The notes below the pieces were generated by a model that was given only the letters and a program-made list of their open reading frames with translations, was not told where the DNA came from and searched no databases. From the NCBI RefSeq assembly GCF_052425735.1, contig NC_135771.1:3658001-3722000 (forward strand): a stretch of DNA of 64,000 nt. The letters run 5' to 3'. A program made the translations under genes and the position numbers. This stretch comes from Oculina patagonica. Its lineage: Eukaryota. Every line of letters begins with the position of its first letter. The first letter of the stretch is position 1. This document shows, piece after piece, positions 13,092-24,800 of the stretch.

Positions 13092-13382
13092 GGAAAGCTT
13101 ACCAAGCATTGCTTCTGACCATGTGAGATTTCTTGTTTTTCATACATGAAGTAATCATCACACTAACCTTTTTTAAGAAAAAAGGAACCAGAAGAATCGA
13201 ACCCGGGTCGTCGGTACCAAGCGGGATCATCCCCACTATGCCACCGACGACCAGCTGCCAGGACCGGATTTTTGGATAGAAATCCCAACCCCATATAAGA
13301 GCTAACCGCAAGCAATCTAACGTGGTGTAATATGTCATCAGCTGTCTCCACATGGTCTGAAGCAATGCTTCGAAGGATTTCC
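13092..13382. mobile_element. MULE-like non-autonomous DNA transposon carrying a tRNA-like Pol III cassette
   Basis: ~34-bp imperfect TIRs (GGAAA..AAGCATTGCTTC.GACCATGTG) and a 9-bp TSD CTGTCAGTG at 13083-13091 and 13383-13391. Confidence 0.8.
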
Positions 13383-15245
13383 CTGTCAGTGAAGCAAGTA
13401 ATGCATTGCGCACGCACCGCCGTTGAGTGATTGGTTTTATCTTTTATTCAATATATCTCTAAACGTCTAATTGTCTATCTTTTGTCTTACTGTGGCACCG
13501 AACTGAAAAATGGCTATTTTCGCTGTGAACAAGGTATAAATTTGCGCGCACTGAAACGGATATTGAAGCAATGAAACTAGATGATCACTCCAAGATTTAA
13601 CTCATAAAAATGTTCTTACTCGCATTTAAACAAATTTATTCGAAATAAAATTATGAAAAATATAATTTTTGAAAATGCCCCTACCTGTAGTAAATAATTA
13701 TCACTAGAAACGTTGGCACAGTTTCTTAGTTACGCAGCTATCGATGAAAAAATGCTGTATATTCTTTTCTCAAACAAATTTTAAGTTCCGCATAGTGTAT
13801 TTAATTTATGTGTGTTTGCCTTTAAAGAGCTGAATAGCCCTTGTGCCGATCTAATGGTTTTCTAACAAATTTCTTAGCAAAGAGGATATTTAAGGTCTTA
13901 ATAGTGCTTTGAGTTATGTTTTACTTGTTCGTCATTTACACCTCATAAAAGCTTGGTTGGCGATATAAAGTCTGTGAGGCGAATGGCCGTGAATTGAAGT
14001 GCGAGAAAAGCTACCGACAGAAGAGCGGTTTTAACATTCCTTTAGGAGCAAAACTCAAGCCAGGGTATAAAGTGGAGCGTTAAGAAAAAAGGTAAGCTTG
14101 TTTTTTTTGAACATTTTACAGTCATTATTCATTTCCTAAAATTCTGGGCTCCCGTTTTTTAAAGCAAGGGAATTGAATGAACAATGCGCTAAGAGCTTCC
14201 GTTGAAATAAGACAGGAAGAGCGGAAAATATTCCCTTAGCTTAGAATCTTAGCTCAGTATTTTTAGTTTTGTAATATCCGTGCTATTGCAAAAAACGCGG
14301 TTTAACTAACTTTTTACCAACACGCAAACGTAACGTAACACGTATTTGAATTAATAAATGTTGAATAAATTCGAGCGTAATTCAAGGCACAGGTGGCAAA
14401 TATAGCAATCATTTAGAAAACAAAATTAAATAAAATATTATAAAGTTAGGTATTTTGACAGTGTTTTTATTTCACAGGCGTAAAATTTTCTCTGGCCTTT
14501 GCGCAAGTTCTAATGTTTTCCTTGAAGTTTTGCAACCGACAATATTTAACGTCGAATCAGAAGAACTATCATTATCATTAACACGAACACACAGATGAGA
14601 GAATTCAGAAGATCTATGAATGACCATGAATGTAGCTTCTACCAAAGATCGACTCAATCAGCATCCCTTACGATTTAAATGAAAACTTTCTAATGCTGTC
14701 GATGCTGGAATTGTAGGGCATAAAACGTGGAACAAAGTGCCAAATTTACGCGAATTAATAAATATTTTTTTTTTACCAGACGAAAGTACAATTTATCAAC
14801 AAATGCTAAACACGCAACAGAATTTAAACCAAAATGATCAGTGAAAACAATATATAGGATACATAGTTTTAGTAGTTTCAGAGTTAACATCTTGCGGAAT
14901 TTTTCACCTTTTCTTTACGAAGCTCATCAAAGTGTAGATTCTTCTTAACGTGACATAAATTTGTTTTAATGTTTGTAATGAGAATTTGGGTCTGTTTGAC
15001 ATTAAAGTAAACGGTGTACAATTTCCGTTAGCTGTGGTGAAGTTTTACTTTGCTTAGAACCATAAAGCAAATGTAACTTATAAAGAAAGTAAATTTTCCG
15101 ATCCTCTATTAGAACAGCTTAAATTATTGCAATTTGTAATCAATTTGCATTTTACTCTGTTAGTAGATCGTAGAATATGTTGCCATGGTAAATTCACCAA
15201 CCGGAAGAACGCTGTCTCGGAACCGGAAATTTGTTGGGTTGAGTT

Positions 15246-15756
15246 TAGGCTTTTGTACATTATGCTAGCATTTTTTCGAGCATTTTAGTGGGGCAAAAGC
15301 ATTGAGCATTATTCGAGCATTTTAGTGGCATTTTCCCGGAAAATTGATTTTTTCCCGAGAAAATAAAAAAGAAATTATTTTTTTTTTTAGAGAAAATGAA
15401 GACTAAAACTCAAAATTCCACTACAAATAGCTTTCTGGAGATAGTCAACTACTTCTGTACTTAGCCTCGTAGATGATTTCGAGGATTATGATTTTTTGGC
15501 TGTATTTATGAACTTTTATATGTTGTTGTTGTTACTTCTAACACTTGTACGTTTTTGTAAGTGTTAACAGTTAACACCACGTTAAAAACTTTGAAATTAA
15601 TTTAAAAAACCGTTTGTATAATGAGCATTATCCGAGCATTTTTGTTACTTTTTTTTGGGGGGGGGGGGGGGGAGACCGAGCATTTTAGTGGGAAAAATGG
15701 AGCATTAAGGTGGAGCATTTTAGTGGGGAAACAAAAGCATAATGTACAAAAGCCTA
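15246..15756. mobile_element. hAT-type MITE
   Basis: TIR TAGGCTTTTGTACATTATGCT / AGCATAATGTACAAAAGCCTA, 8-bp TSD GTTGAGTT, GAGCATTT subterminal repeats. Confidence 0.9.
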
Positions 15757-17159
15757 GTTGAGTTGTTCGCAGTCTCGTCCCAATAGCCTTTTCGCTTCTC
15801 TTAGCCGGCAGGGCCTTGGCACGAGAAATGAAGGGCTATAAAGACACAGGATTTTCAGTCCTAGATTCTGCGACATTCGGTCTTCATGTATGCAGTCGTG
15901 ATGTTTCTAAAAACTGTGTGAGAGTCATGGTGTTTTTGACTTTCAAGATTTTTTTTGTTTCAAACAGCCAATCAAAAGAAATTAATTCAAAACTCCCATG
16001 TCAGTCCAAAGCCCTACGTTTCTCGTCTCAAGGCCGTGTCGGCTAAGAGGGACGCAATGCGCTATAGTTGTTCGGTGAAAGGTTTTTAGCAGTTGACATT
16101 CGAGTGTTACTTCAAAATTCTCCGTACTTCCTTCCATATTCTTTATAGAGGGTTTGAATGGGGTTTAACTGCATGATAGCCAAGAATCGATCGCAATAAT
16201 AAGCTGAGAAATGAAGCGTGTTTTTTTTTTTTTAAAGAAAGCTTAGCCTGAATTTTAGACGTCTCTCTCTTGTTACTACTGATCGCAAAGAAATCTCCAA
16301 AATTTAAGTAATAAAAGAAATTCCAGCACACTCATCTAGATCCTGTTAATTAGTTGCTTTTAGTCCAAGTTTGGGATTAAAGTCTGTGCTAATAAGGGAG
16401 AACTGAATAGCTAAAGTTAGAGCCTTCGAGCTAAAATACAACAAACGCAACACTTGCACCCAGGGTTTATACTAATTTTGATCTTTTAGTGCTGCGATGT
16501 GTTCCCGGGGGGGGGGGGAGTACTCCATTGGCCAACGGGGAGGCCCGCCCGAAGGGGACCTTCAGGCTCCAGGAATAAGGGAGGACAAAGGAAGGGAGGG
16601 ATCTGTCAATGATAAGGCCACTAAGAGAGAGACGGCTGATGGTCGCACAAGACCTGAGGACGTGATGGTGAGGAATGAAAGGGGTGCGCAAAGGAACAAA
16701 AGGGGACACCAAAAGGAAAAAAGGGAAGGGGGCCGGGCGGAGCCTCCCCGACAAAACCGATACCCCCCGGGGATGCGTTACATGACATGCTTCAAGAAAG
16801 TATTACTAGCTTATGCAGACAATGTTGGTTAAGACATATACAAAGCAAGTCAGTTTCATTTCGATTCTCTTCGAAATAGAACACTTAAAAATATTTCGTG
16901 TATTCTGATACATTGACGCAAATGTGACGTACATCTCGCAGCACCAAAAAGATTGAAATTCGTATACGGAGCCGGGCTGTATGTAACAAAACTAGCATCA
17001 AATGTTTTCCTTTTTCCTTCGAGCTCTGACTGGTTTATTACTCCAGCATTTGACTAGTTCCCAGTGATTATCTTTCAGCTTGTTTACGTTTCAAAACACT
17101 CAAAAAAAGTGAAGAATCTTAACAACTTTTTTTACTTCGTTTTTGTTGCAGAGTGCCAA

Positions 17160-18392
17160 ATGATGAGATATTTTCGCATCTCTCTGCGGCTATTGTTCGC
17201 TGTGGTTATGGCGTCCGCAATGTTGTTAGTGGCTATTTTGCTGTATGAAAGCCAACAACAGAACATTGTAGCAGATCCCTTCAAAACTGTTGAAACTTCA
17301 CTGCTGTTAAACTCTCAAAAAGAACTGACGAAAAGCGTTCCAAACGAAGAGGTTGTTTTGGATATGGACGATTTTCATTTTACTCCTGCGCCAAGATCTG
17401 ATTCTCACAGAGATGATTTCCGAATGACACCGACGTCATCCTCGGATTCGTCCGAACGCAGACGAAGTTTGCTCGTCTTCGGAGCTGACCGCTCGGGAAC
17501 GACGTTTATCAGCAGAATGTTCAGCGAAGATCCTCAGGTATTCATGATCTATGAGCCTCTCTGGGTGACGAAGCGCTGGAGGAAAAGCAAGCCAGAGCAA
17601 GACTGGTCAAGAAGCGAGCTGGAAGTGTTGAATGGAATTCTTAGCTGCAATTTTCAGGATTTTCCCATGGCGACGGAATTCCTTGCTCACACGTCGAGAA
17701 ATTGGGCAGCCGCTCCTTTCAAGAACCCGTTCCAGACTCCTAACTTTTGCAACGTCTCAGACACTGATAGAACCTCGTGCCCAGACCTCCTACACATGCC
17801 AAAATTCGCCCAGGAAGCCTGCGCCACAAAATACAAACACAGTGTCACTAAAGTGGCTCAGGTGCGCACGCCTGACAAGCTGCTGTCAAGTCTAGTACCA
17901 CAGTTGTTCTCGGAAAACCCAGATACCGATATCAGAATCCTTCAGATACTGAGAGACCCGCGCGGGAGCATTGACTCCAGAATTAAACTGCACTGGACGC
18001 CGAAGCATACCTCCCCCGGGTTTCTCTATCAAGTGAAATACGCGTGTGAGAAAACGACGCAGAACGTGAAATACGCAAGAAACCTGCCAGAAAAATACCG
18101 AGACAAGTACATGGAAGTGTACTACCGCGATATAGCTATGAACCCTGTGAAAACTGCGCTTAAAATCTACCGTTTTGCTGGGTTTGAGATTTCAGAAGAT
18201 TTGATTAAATGGATTGTTTTCAACACGAGCCCGAGTGAAGAGGCGTTAGCCAGGGAAGCGAAGAAGACGTTTTCTTCTGTGCGCAATTCTACTGCGAATA
18301 TCGAGAAATGGCGAAGTGCTCCTGCAGAACAGAACAGATTAATTGAACGAGAATGCAAGGAGTTAATGGAGCTGATAGGCATTGAAAACTGA
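17160..18392 (+). CDS. Carbohydrate sulfotransferase-like, paralogue 2
   Basis: Acceptor TTGCAG at 17151, then MMRYFRISLRLLFAVV (TM), ADRSGTT, YEPLW, LRDPRG and FSSVRNSTANIEKWR. Confidence 0.9.
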   Translation: MMRYFRISLRLLFAVVMASAMLLVAILLYESQQQNIVADPFKTVETSLLLNSQKELTKSVPNEEVVLDMDDFHFTPAPRSDSHRDDFRMTPTSSSDSSERRRSLLVFGADRSGTTFISRMFSEDPQVFMIYEPLWVTKRWRKSKPEQDWSRSELEVLNGILSCNFQDFPMATEFLAHTSRNWAAAPFKNPFQTPNFCNVSDTDRTSCPDLLHMPKFAQEACATKYKHSVTKVAQVRTPDKLLSSLVPQLFSENPDTDIRILQILRDPRGSIDSRIKLHWTPKHTSPGFLYQVKYACEKTTQNVKYARNLPEKYRDKYMEVYYRDIAMNPVKTALKIYRFAGFEISEDLIKWIVFNTSPSEEALAREAKKTFSSVRNSTANIEKWRSAPAEQNRLIERECKELMELIGIEN

Positions 18393-19714
18393 TCAAGTGA
18401 AAATTGAATAAATTCACTCTTTATAATCTATTAACCTGCGAGCACATGCAAACCACCCTATATGTTCGCGGTGAAATCCTTGTATGTAAGTACATACAAA
18501 GCCAACGGTCGAAAGCGAATCACTGAAATAACGCTTTAAACAGCACAAAAGGCAGGAAAAAGGCCAGTCACGAGTCGGGTATCATTTCATTTAACTTAAA
18601 TGAGATATCCAGATCAAGATGAGCCTAAATATGTATTGTTCAGTGCTTTATTCATAACCGCCATAGATTTTTTTCATTTTTTTCCAGTTCGTTGATCTAC
18701 TCGTGTGTCAACAGAGTTTTCACCCCGAACATGCACATAGGGTGGTCTGCCTGTGCTGTGAGCAAGCTCAGAACTGGGATGTCGCATTTCGTAAGCTGAG
18801 ACTTTCGGGACTGACCCCAGACATGAGCTTTCTCGCTGGCTAATCTTGACCGACTCAAAGTCAATGTACAGGAAACATAAACAGTTTACTTATAGTCAAA
18901 TGCTACAAATGTAAGTATCTTACGTTGCAGTTCTTTAAGCCGTTCCAAACACAGTTAAGTAAAGACAGAAAAGCATCATGCTTGAAATTTGAATCATTCA
19001 CATCAATAAATTACTTATTAAAAAAACTTGAGGTTTGTTTTCAGCTTTTTCAAACTTTTTTTTCTATTTTCTTTTCCGTGGAGTTAGCACACAAAAACGA
19101 GGATGATAGTTGTTGTGTTTAGCAGCGAAAGGGGGACGGGGGGGGGGGGAGACAGAGCTGTCTCCTTCTCAGGCCCTTCGAATCTTTCGTGCCGCCATAA
19201 CAAAAGCAAGCGCGGAGCGAGAATTTGAATTAAACATTTAAATAAAAGCAGACTAATGTGGACGCGGCCCAATTTTTTTCATATCCCTTAAAAATACCTT
19301 TTTTTCTCCTGCTGGTCTAGACCGCCAATACAGTATGACGCAGAATGAAGAGACGCGCCTTCCCTTCCTCCCCTGCGCGCCCATTTCCCCCCAAAAGAGA
19401 GAGAGGCGTCTGGGTACGAGGCATGGGGCGGTGGGTAAAATGGAACCTTGCTGTCCACTCTGTAAGGGGAAATTATATGTTTTGTGAATAAGCCAATGAG
19501 TCCAACTGTGTTATACTGAAACAACTTGTCAACAAGGCAAAGAGTGTTTTAATTGAACATTTTGGGAAAATAAAACTAGCTGTAGAAACAATAGCTACTT
19601 TCCCCGCGGGAGGGGACTTCAATATGAAAGGGACGGAGATGTTCGTTGGAAAATTTGAATTAAAACCCAATTAAAGGATTCAATCTGGAGTGGCTCAAGC
19701 TTTTTCTGACCCCT

Positions 19715-19945
19715 AAAGGTAAGGTAATGCCTCGAGCCAAGTGGCCCATACTTGCCGGAGCTTATCCCAGTTTCTGTAGCATTGAGCGGCTAGGAGTATT
19801 TCTACTCCACCCTGGATGAGTGGAGAGAGACACTGTGAGGGTAAAGTATCTTGCCCAAGAACACAACACAGTGACCCCGGCCAAGCCTCGAACTCGACCG
19901 TTCGATCCGGAGTCCAGCGCACAACCATTAGGCCACCGCGCCCCC
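19715..19945 (-). mobile_element. CORE-like tRNA SINE with an internal deletion
   Basis: The reverse complement matches the 12589-12893 family. Confidence 0.85.
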
Positions 19946-21539
19946 CCAAAATGATCAGCCATATCGCCAACACAATATCAAGGTGTTTTACAACAACCCT
20001 AAACGAGACCTTGACGGCTAAAAATATTTGCGTTTTGTCCTCAACACGGGAAGCCATCCGTAACGCACCTTTAAGGGAGGAGGCATACCCGTCCCTATGG
20101 GAGTCCCCCCTGCCCTTGGCTACTTTCAGTATTTCTACACAGCATCACTCGTTCACCCAGACTTCCTTCATGTTTCCCCAAGATAGACCCTGTCACGGTA
20201 GTAAGATAGCGAGTCGACGGAAGACGCAAAGTCGAAAATGACAGGTCCCCCAGCAAGAACGCTAAATTTTCCGACTTGTGATCCCTTGGCCTTTACTCTT
20301 TTTTCAAGCAGTACATGCATGGGCGGTGGTTTGTAACGAAGACTGTCCCAAAAATATATACTCGGTATGTTTTCATATTTGGAGCAGGTTTATTTTTAAT
20401 TTCTGAGCAGTTTCTTGACCGAAGATTTCCGAACGATTCTCCGATTAATCTTCAAAGGCCTTGACTTCCAAGGAAGTTACGAAGATGTTTGAACACACTT
20501 ACGAGACGGAATATCTTGACAAACCAATTTGACGCTTCGATCGCGATATTTTCGACACCAAAACGTGGGGGAGCTGAGCCCCATAATTTTCGTTTAGGGG
20601 GGGGGGGGCCCCCCCCCCCCCCCCCCCCCCCCTTCTGCTCCACCGCCTACGCAGTGTCGACACAGATTTTCGCTACTTGGCCAATGTCTAAGATTGAATG
20701 AAAAAAAAAATCATCGGGTCTATTCTAAAGCCAAGATAAGCCTCGAGAGAAACTTGTGATTAGAACATTACACAACTACAATAATTCTCTGAACAAGGCT
20801 AGAAAATACACACTGAAAATGACAAAATTTGAAATTATAGTGTTAAAATTTAATAAACGATGCAACGTTTTAATAGGGCTCAAGGCGTGAATATAATTGG
20901 AAAGCAATGTTTTACAGTAAGGTACAGTTCCTTAGCACCACAGACAGAAAAAGCGCATCAATTAAAGATAATCATGAATTGTTCAACTTGAAATTACAAT
21001 TCATCTTCCATTTTTTTGCGAGTAGAGGCTTTCCTGTTTGATTACAAAACCGTATCTTCCGACTCAAGCACGGGTAAGAAGTTATTATTGTTTCAGTGTT
21101 TACTTCGTTCGTTAATTTAAATCGAGGTTATCCGGGAGACACTTGAAATGTCGAGGATTAAACCCTTGATAAAATAACTGAATTCAGTTTTCGGCACACC
21201 AAAGAAAATTGATGCTGATCGCTGTGGGCTTCTTTCTCAGATAAATACAGTTAAGTGATATTTTCAAGAAAAGCCGAGTTTTACCGTCTGATAAATGCAT
21301 GGGAAAATGGCAAATTAAATTTTTGTAAAACGATTCCATCTTTTCACGGATACACGTAAAACAAACATCACCAGTATTAATTAGAGAGTGCTGACATGAA
21401 TGAATTAAATTTGGAGAATAATTCGTTTGCTGTCTAAATCCACAAAATAACAATCAAAAGTAAATATATTGTCGTATTTTCATTTTTTTTTATTTTTATG
21501 TACAGGTTGTTCGTTTCCTGGCTTCGGATTAGAAAAAAG

Positions 21540-23249
21540 ATGAACGGGAAAGAAACAAGAGTTGGCGTTTGCTATCGATTCTGTCAACGCTTATATTTGC
21601 CTTGTTGTACAATTTTATTTTTTACTTCGGCGACTTTACTCTACAAAAACTGGAACATGATAAAATTGGTTCCTAAGAATCACGCGACGTCAACAGTCCC
21701 GACTCAAAACCCAATTGCGCTCGTGACTGTCTTGACAATTCCGGCTCTACGAACGTCACCCGAAGTTCAAACAGTAAAACCGAAGCCGCTCTCGGCAGAC
21801 CGATTGCCGCCGCACGTGTTTGATTCAAAGTCATCCGTAGCTCAAGCGGATTCAAAGCCGAAGTCGGATTCGGACAGCCGATCTTCGCCCGAAGTCCAGT
21901 CCAAGTCACCCGAGCTTCAACTGGATAAACCGAAGTCGGATTAGGCAGCCGATCTCGCCCGAAGTCCAGTCCAAGTCACCCGAGCCACGGATTCAAAACC
22001 GAAGTCGAATTTGGGCAGCCGATTTTCGCCCGAAGTCAAGTCTAAGTCACCCGAGCCTAAAACAGATTCAAATCCGAAGCCGGACACGAAAGACCGATCT
22101 TCGCCCGAAGTTCGTGCCAAGTCACCCAAACTTCAGACAGTTTCGACACGGAAGCCTGATTCAGTAGAACATTCTTCTCCTAAGATTGATTCTGAAGTTC
22201 AAATAGATTCAAAACCGAAGCTGGACTCTGGAAACCAATCTTCGCCCGAGACTCACCCGACTGTTTTGCCAACCAAATCATCCCCCGATGTTCAACCGAC
22301 GAAGCAACCCGAGCGTCGCCGAAGTCTCCTACTCTACGGCGCCGACCGTTCGGGCACGACTTTCACTACGAAAATGTTTGCCGAAGATCCACAGTTGATA
22401 ACCGTCTATGAACCGTTATGGATAACAACTAGATGGAACAATGAAGATAGTACACAGAGGCCAAATTGGAAGAGAAATGTTCTTGATCTACTTACAGCCA
22501 TTTTGAGTTGCAAATTTGCCAAGAGCGCTGCGGGTATAAAATTTCTTTCGCAGACAACGCGACAATGGAGTGGAGCGTACGTCAAAAACCCGTTTAAATC
22601 TCTAACGTTTTGCCCCAACGCGGAATGCAAAGATCTTGCCAGTGTGCCCAGCTACGCCGACAACGTCTGCCTAACGAAGTACAACCACAGTGTTACAAAA
22701 ATTGGCGAACCTAGAACGCCAGATCATTTGATATCATCGTTTCTTCCAATGATTTTCTCAGAGAACCCTGATACGGACATCCGGGTAATCCAACTTATAC
22801 GCGATCCCAGAGCAAGCTTCACCTCGAGAATTCAACTGGGTTGGATGGTCGATTACCAACACGCAAGTTTCCCGAACACTGTCAGAACAGTCTGTTCAAA
22901 CTTAGCCGAGAACATAAAATTTGGACGCAACTTAAGCCGCCAATGGCAGGACAAGTATCTCGAAGTCCATTACAGAGATCTCGCTGGGATGCCACTAGAA
23001 ACGGCAAAGGCTATGTACAAGTTTGCTGGATTTGAAATGCCCGAGAGCATTCGTGACTGGGTTATTCGTAACACTTCACCAAGCAAGGAAGAGGTGGCTA
23101 ACGAGGCGAAAAAAATCTTTTCTTCAGTTCGAAATTCTACAGCTAATATTAACAAATGGCAGAAGGAATCGCCGATCGAAAGAACTCGGATAATTGAAGA
23201 ACACTGCGGCGAAGCACTTGATCTTCTAGGGCTGACAAAAATTACATGA
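21540..23249 (+). pseudogene. Carbohydrate sulfotransferase-like paralogue 3 with long S/P/K/D-rich stem; in-frame TAG at 21942-21944 (pseudogene or assembly error)
   Basis: ORFs 21498-21944 and 22011-23249 share a frame. The first carries the TM segment; the second carries the intact catalytic domain (ADRSGTT, YEPLW, IRDPRA, FSSVRNS..KW). Acceptor at 21505. Confidence 0.8.
21750..22300 (+). repeat. Coding tandem repeat (~72-75 nt; PKSDSDSRSSPEVQSKSPE-like) in the sulfotransferase stem
   Basis: Recurrent CCGAAGTCGGAT...TCGCCCGAAGTC...AAGTCACCCGAG units. Confidence 0.85.
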
Positions 23250-24429
23250 AACAGGCAAAAAATTGAATTAATGTAAATATAAATCAGTTTGAAATTTTGC
23301 GGGGAAGTTGCGCAGCTTTTCATAGAAGAAAGTAGTAAGATAGAGTGAAACGAAGGCAATTTGAGATGTGAATCTCTGTTTCGCAGGGCGGAAATTAGAA
23401 AAGAAAAAAATTACATGCCGGCCTCACAACAATGCTCAATTAAAATGTTTTAGAGAAGAAAGAACACGAATTCCTTATTCGTATCCAGTATAACTGACGT
23501 AGGATTTTGTTTGAAAATAGAGAAAACATCTTTACTTTTGAAATATACTGTTATCTGCAGAGTAAATTAAAATGTTTGTTATGAAGCTTGGGTTTAGTTG
23601 AATGTATTGCGAGTTTTCATTGGCTGGTGCAGCCTACTTGGCAACCAATCAGACGAAACAGAAAACAAAAAAAACCCCACGCGCAATTTTCCCGCCCTTT
23701 TCGCCAGTCACGTGTCCGTCATTTTCGATCGCGAGTTTTTATTGGTCTATTCTGAAGGTTACGTTTACTGTGTCTTACTACAGTATTGGCCAGCAACAGG
23801 CAGCTCTTCAGGGGCCTGAGAACGAGATTATAGCCCCCATGACGCGAATGTTTTACATAACATGTCAAACTCTTTATAATTTGGCCCTCGCAAAGTTACA
23901 CTGCAAATTCTTTCAGTCAGTAAAGATTCTAAAAGAAAAATCCAGTAATAGGATTAATCAACCGTTTAAAGATCATAAGCATTATCAGTTGCAAAATAAT
24001 ACTTCCACTAGAAGATATTCAATAAATTCAATTATAGGTTCACGGGAAAGACCCTTTGCGCGGGACATCTTTACGCCCCTTCGTCGGGTCACGAAATGAT
24101 ACAACACTAATACAAAACGGTAGAATAAATGAGACATCCATAAAATAGCGACACCAATCCACAGGAAAACAAAGAAACCAACAAGAAAAATATCAGGGTT
24201 TCTGGATAAGGTCAATTTTCAGGGCGAACATTTTCGTTTATAATACTCAAAAATCAGGCCATTCCATTTCTAATAGGATTTAATTCATTTCATTGGCATT
24301 TTTAAGCAGCCAAGCCACTCGAGTTAGTTACTTATGCTAAGGCGATCTAGATGTATCTATATAATAATCTCTTTATGGATGTTTTTGACTGATAACTCAT
24401 ACCAGCCATGAAAGTATCCTTTCATAACC

Positions 24430-24800
24430 TTAAAGGGACTGTGTCACGGATTTTAGCCAAATTTAGGCATGGGGAAATGACCATCAAACTCACTGAAATA
24501 TGAAAATAAATTAACCACTTAAAATAGTAAAGGAACATTTCAATAACACACCAAACACCAAAGAAGGTACGGATGGCCAAAAGTGACGAAGATTGAAACG
24601 GATTGCGGTTTTTAAAATATTGTTGGGCTGATCAGTTTTCAAAAGTTTTTTTCAAAGTTTATCTCGTTTGCTTGTAAATTGAAGCTATGGTTTTGTCATT
24701 TAGATCCTTAGAAGGAATTTCTTTGCAAATATATAGTAAGTTTCATAGCCAGTATTTGGCAAAACATGTTGCTTATCAATTCCTGAGACAAAATTCCCAC
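24430..24800. mobile_element. TTAA-flanked (Kolobok-like) non-autonomous element
   Basis: TTAAAGGGACTGTGTCACGGATTTTAGCCAAA... is homologous to the inverted copy at 56928-57482. The right boundary is approximate. Confidence 0.65.
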
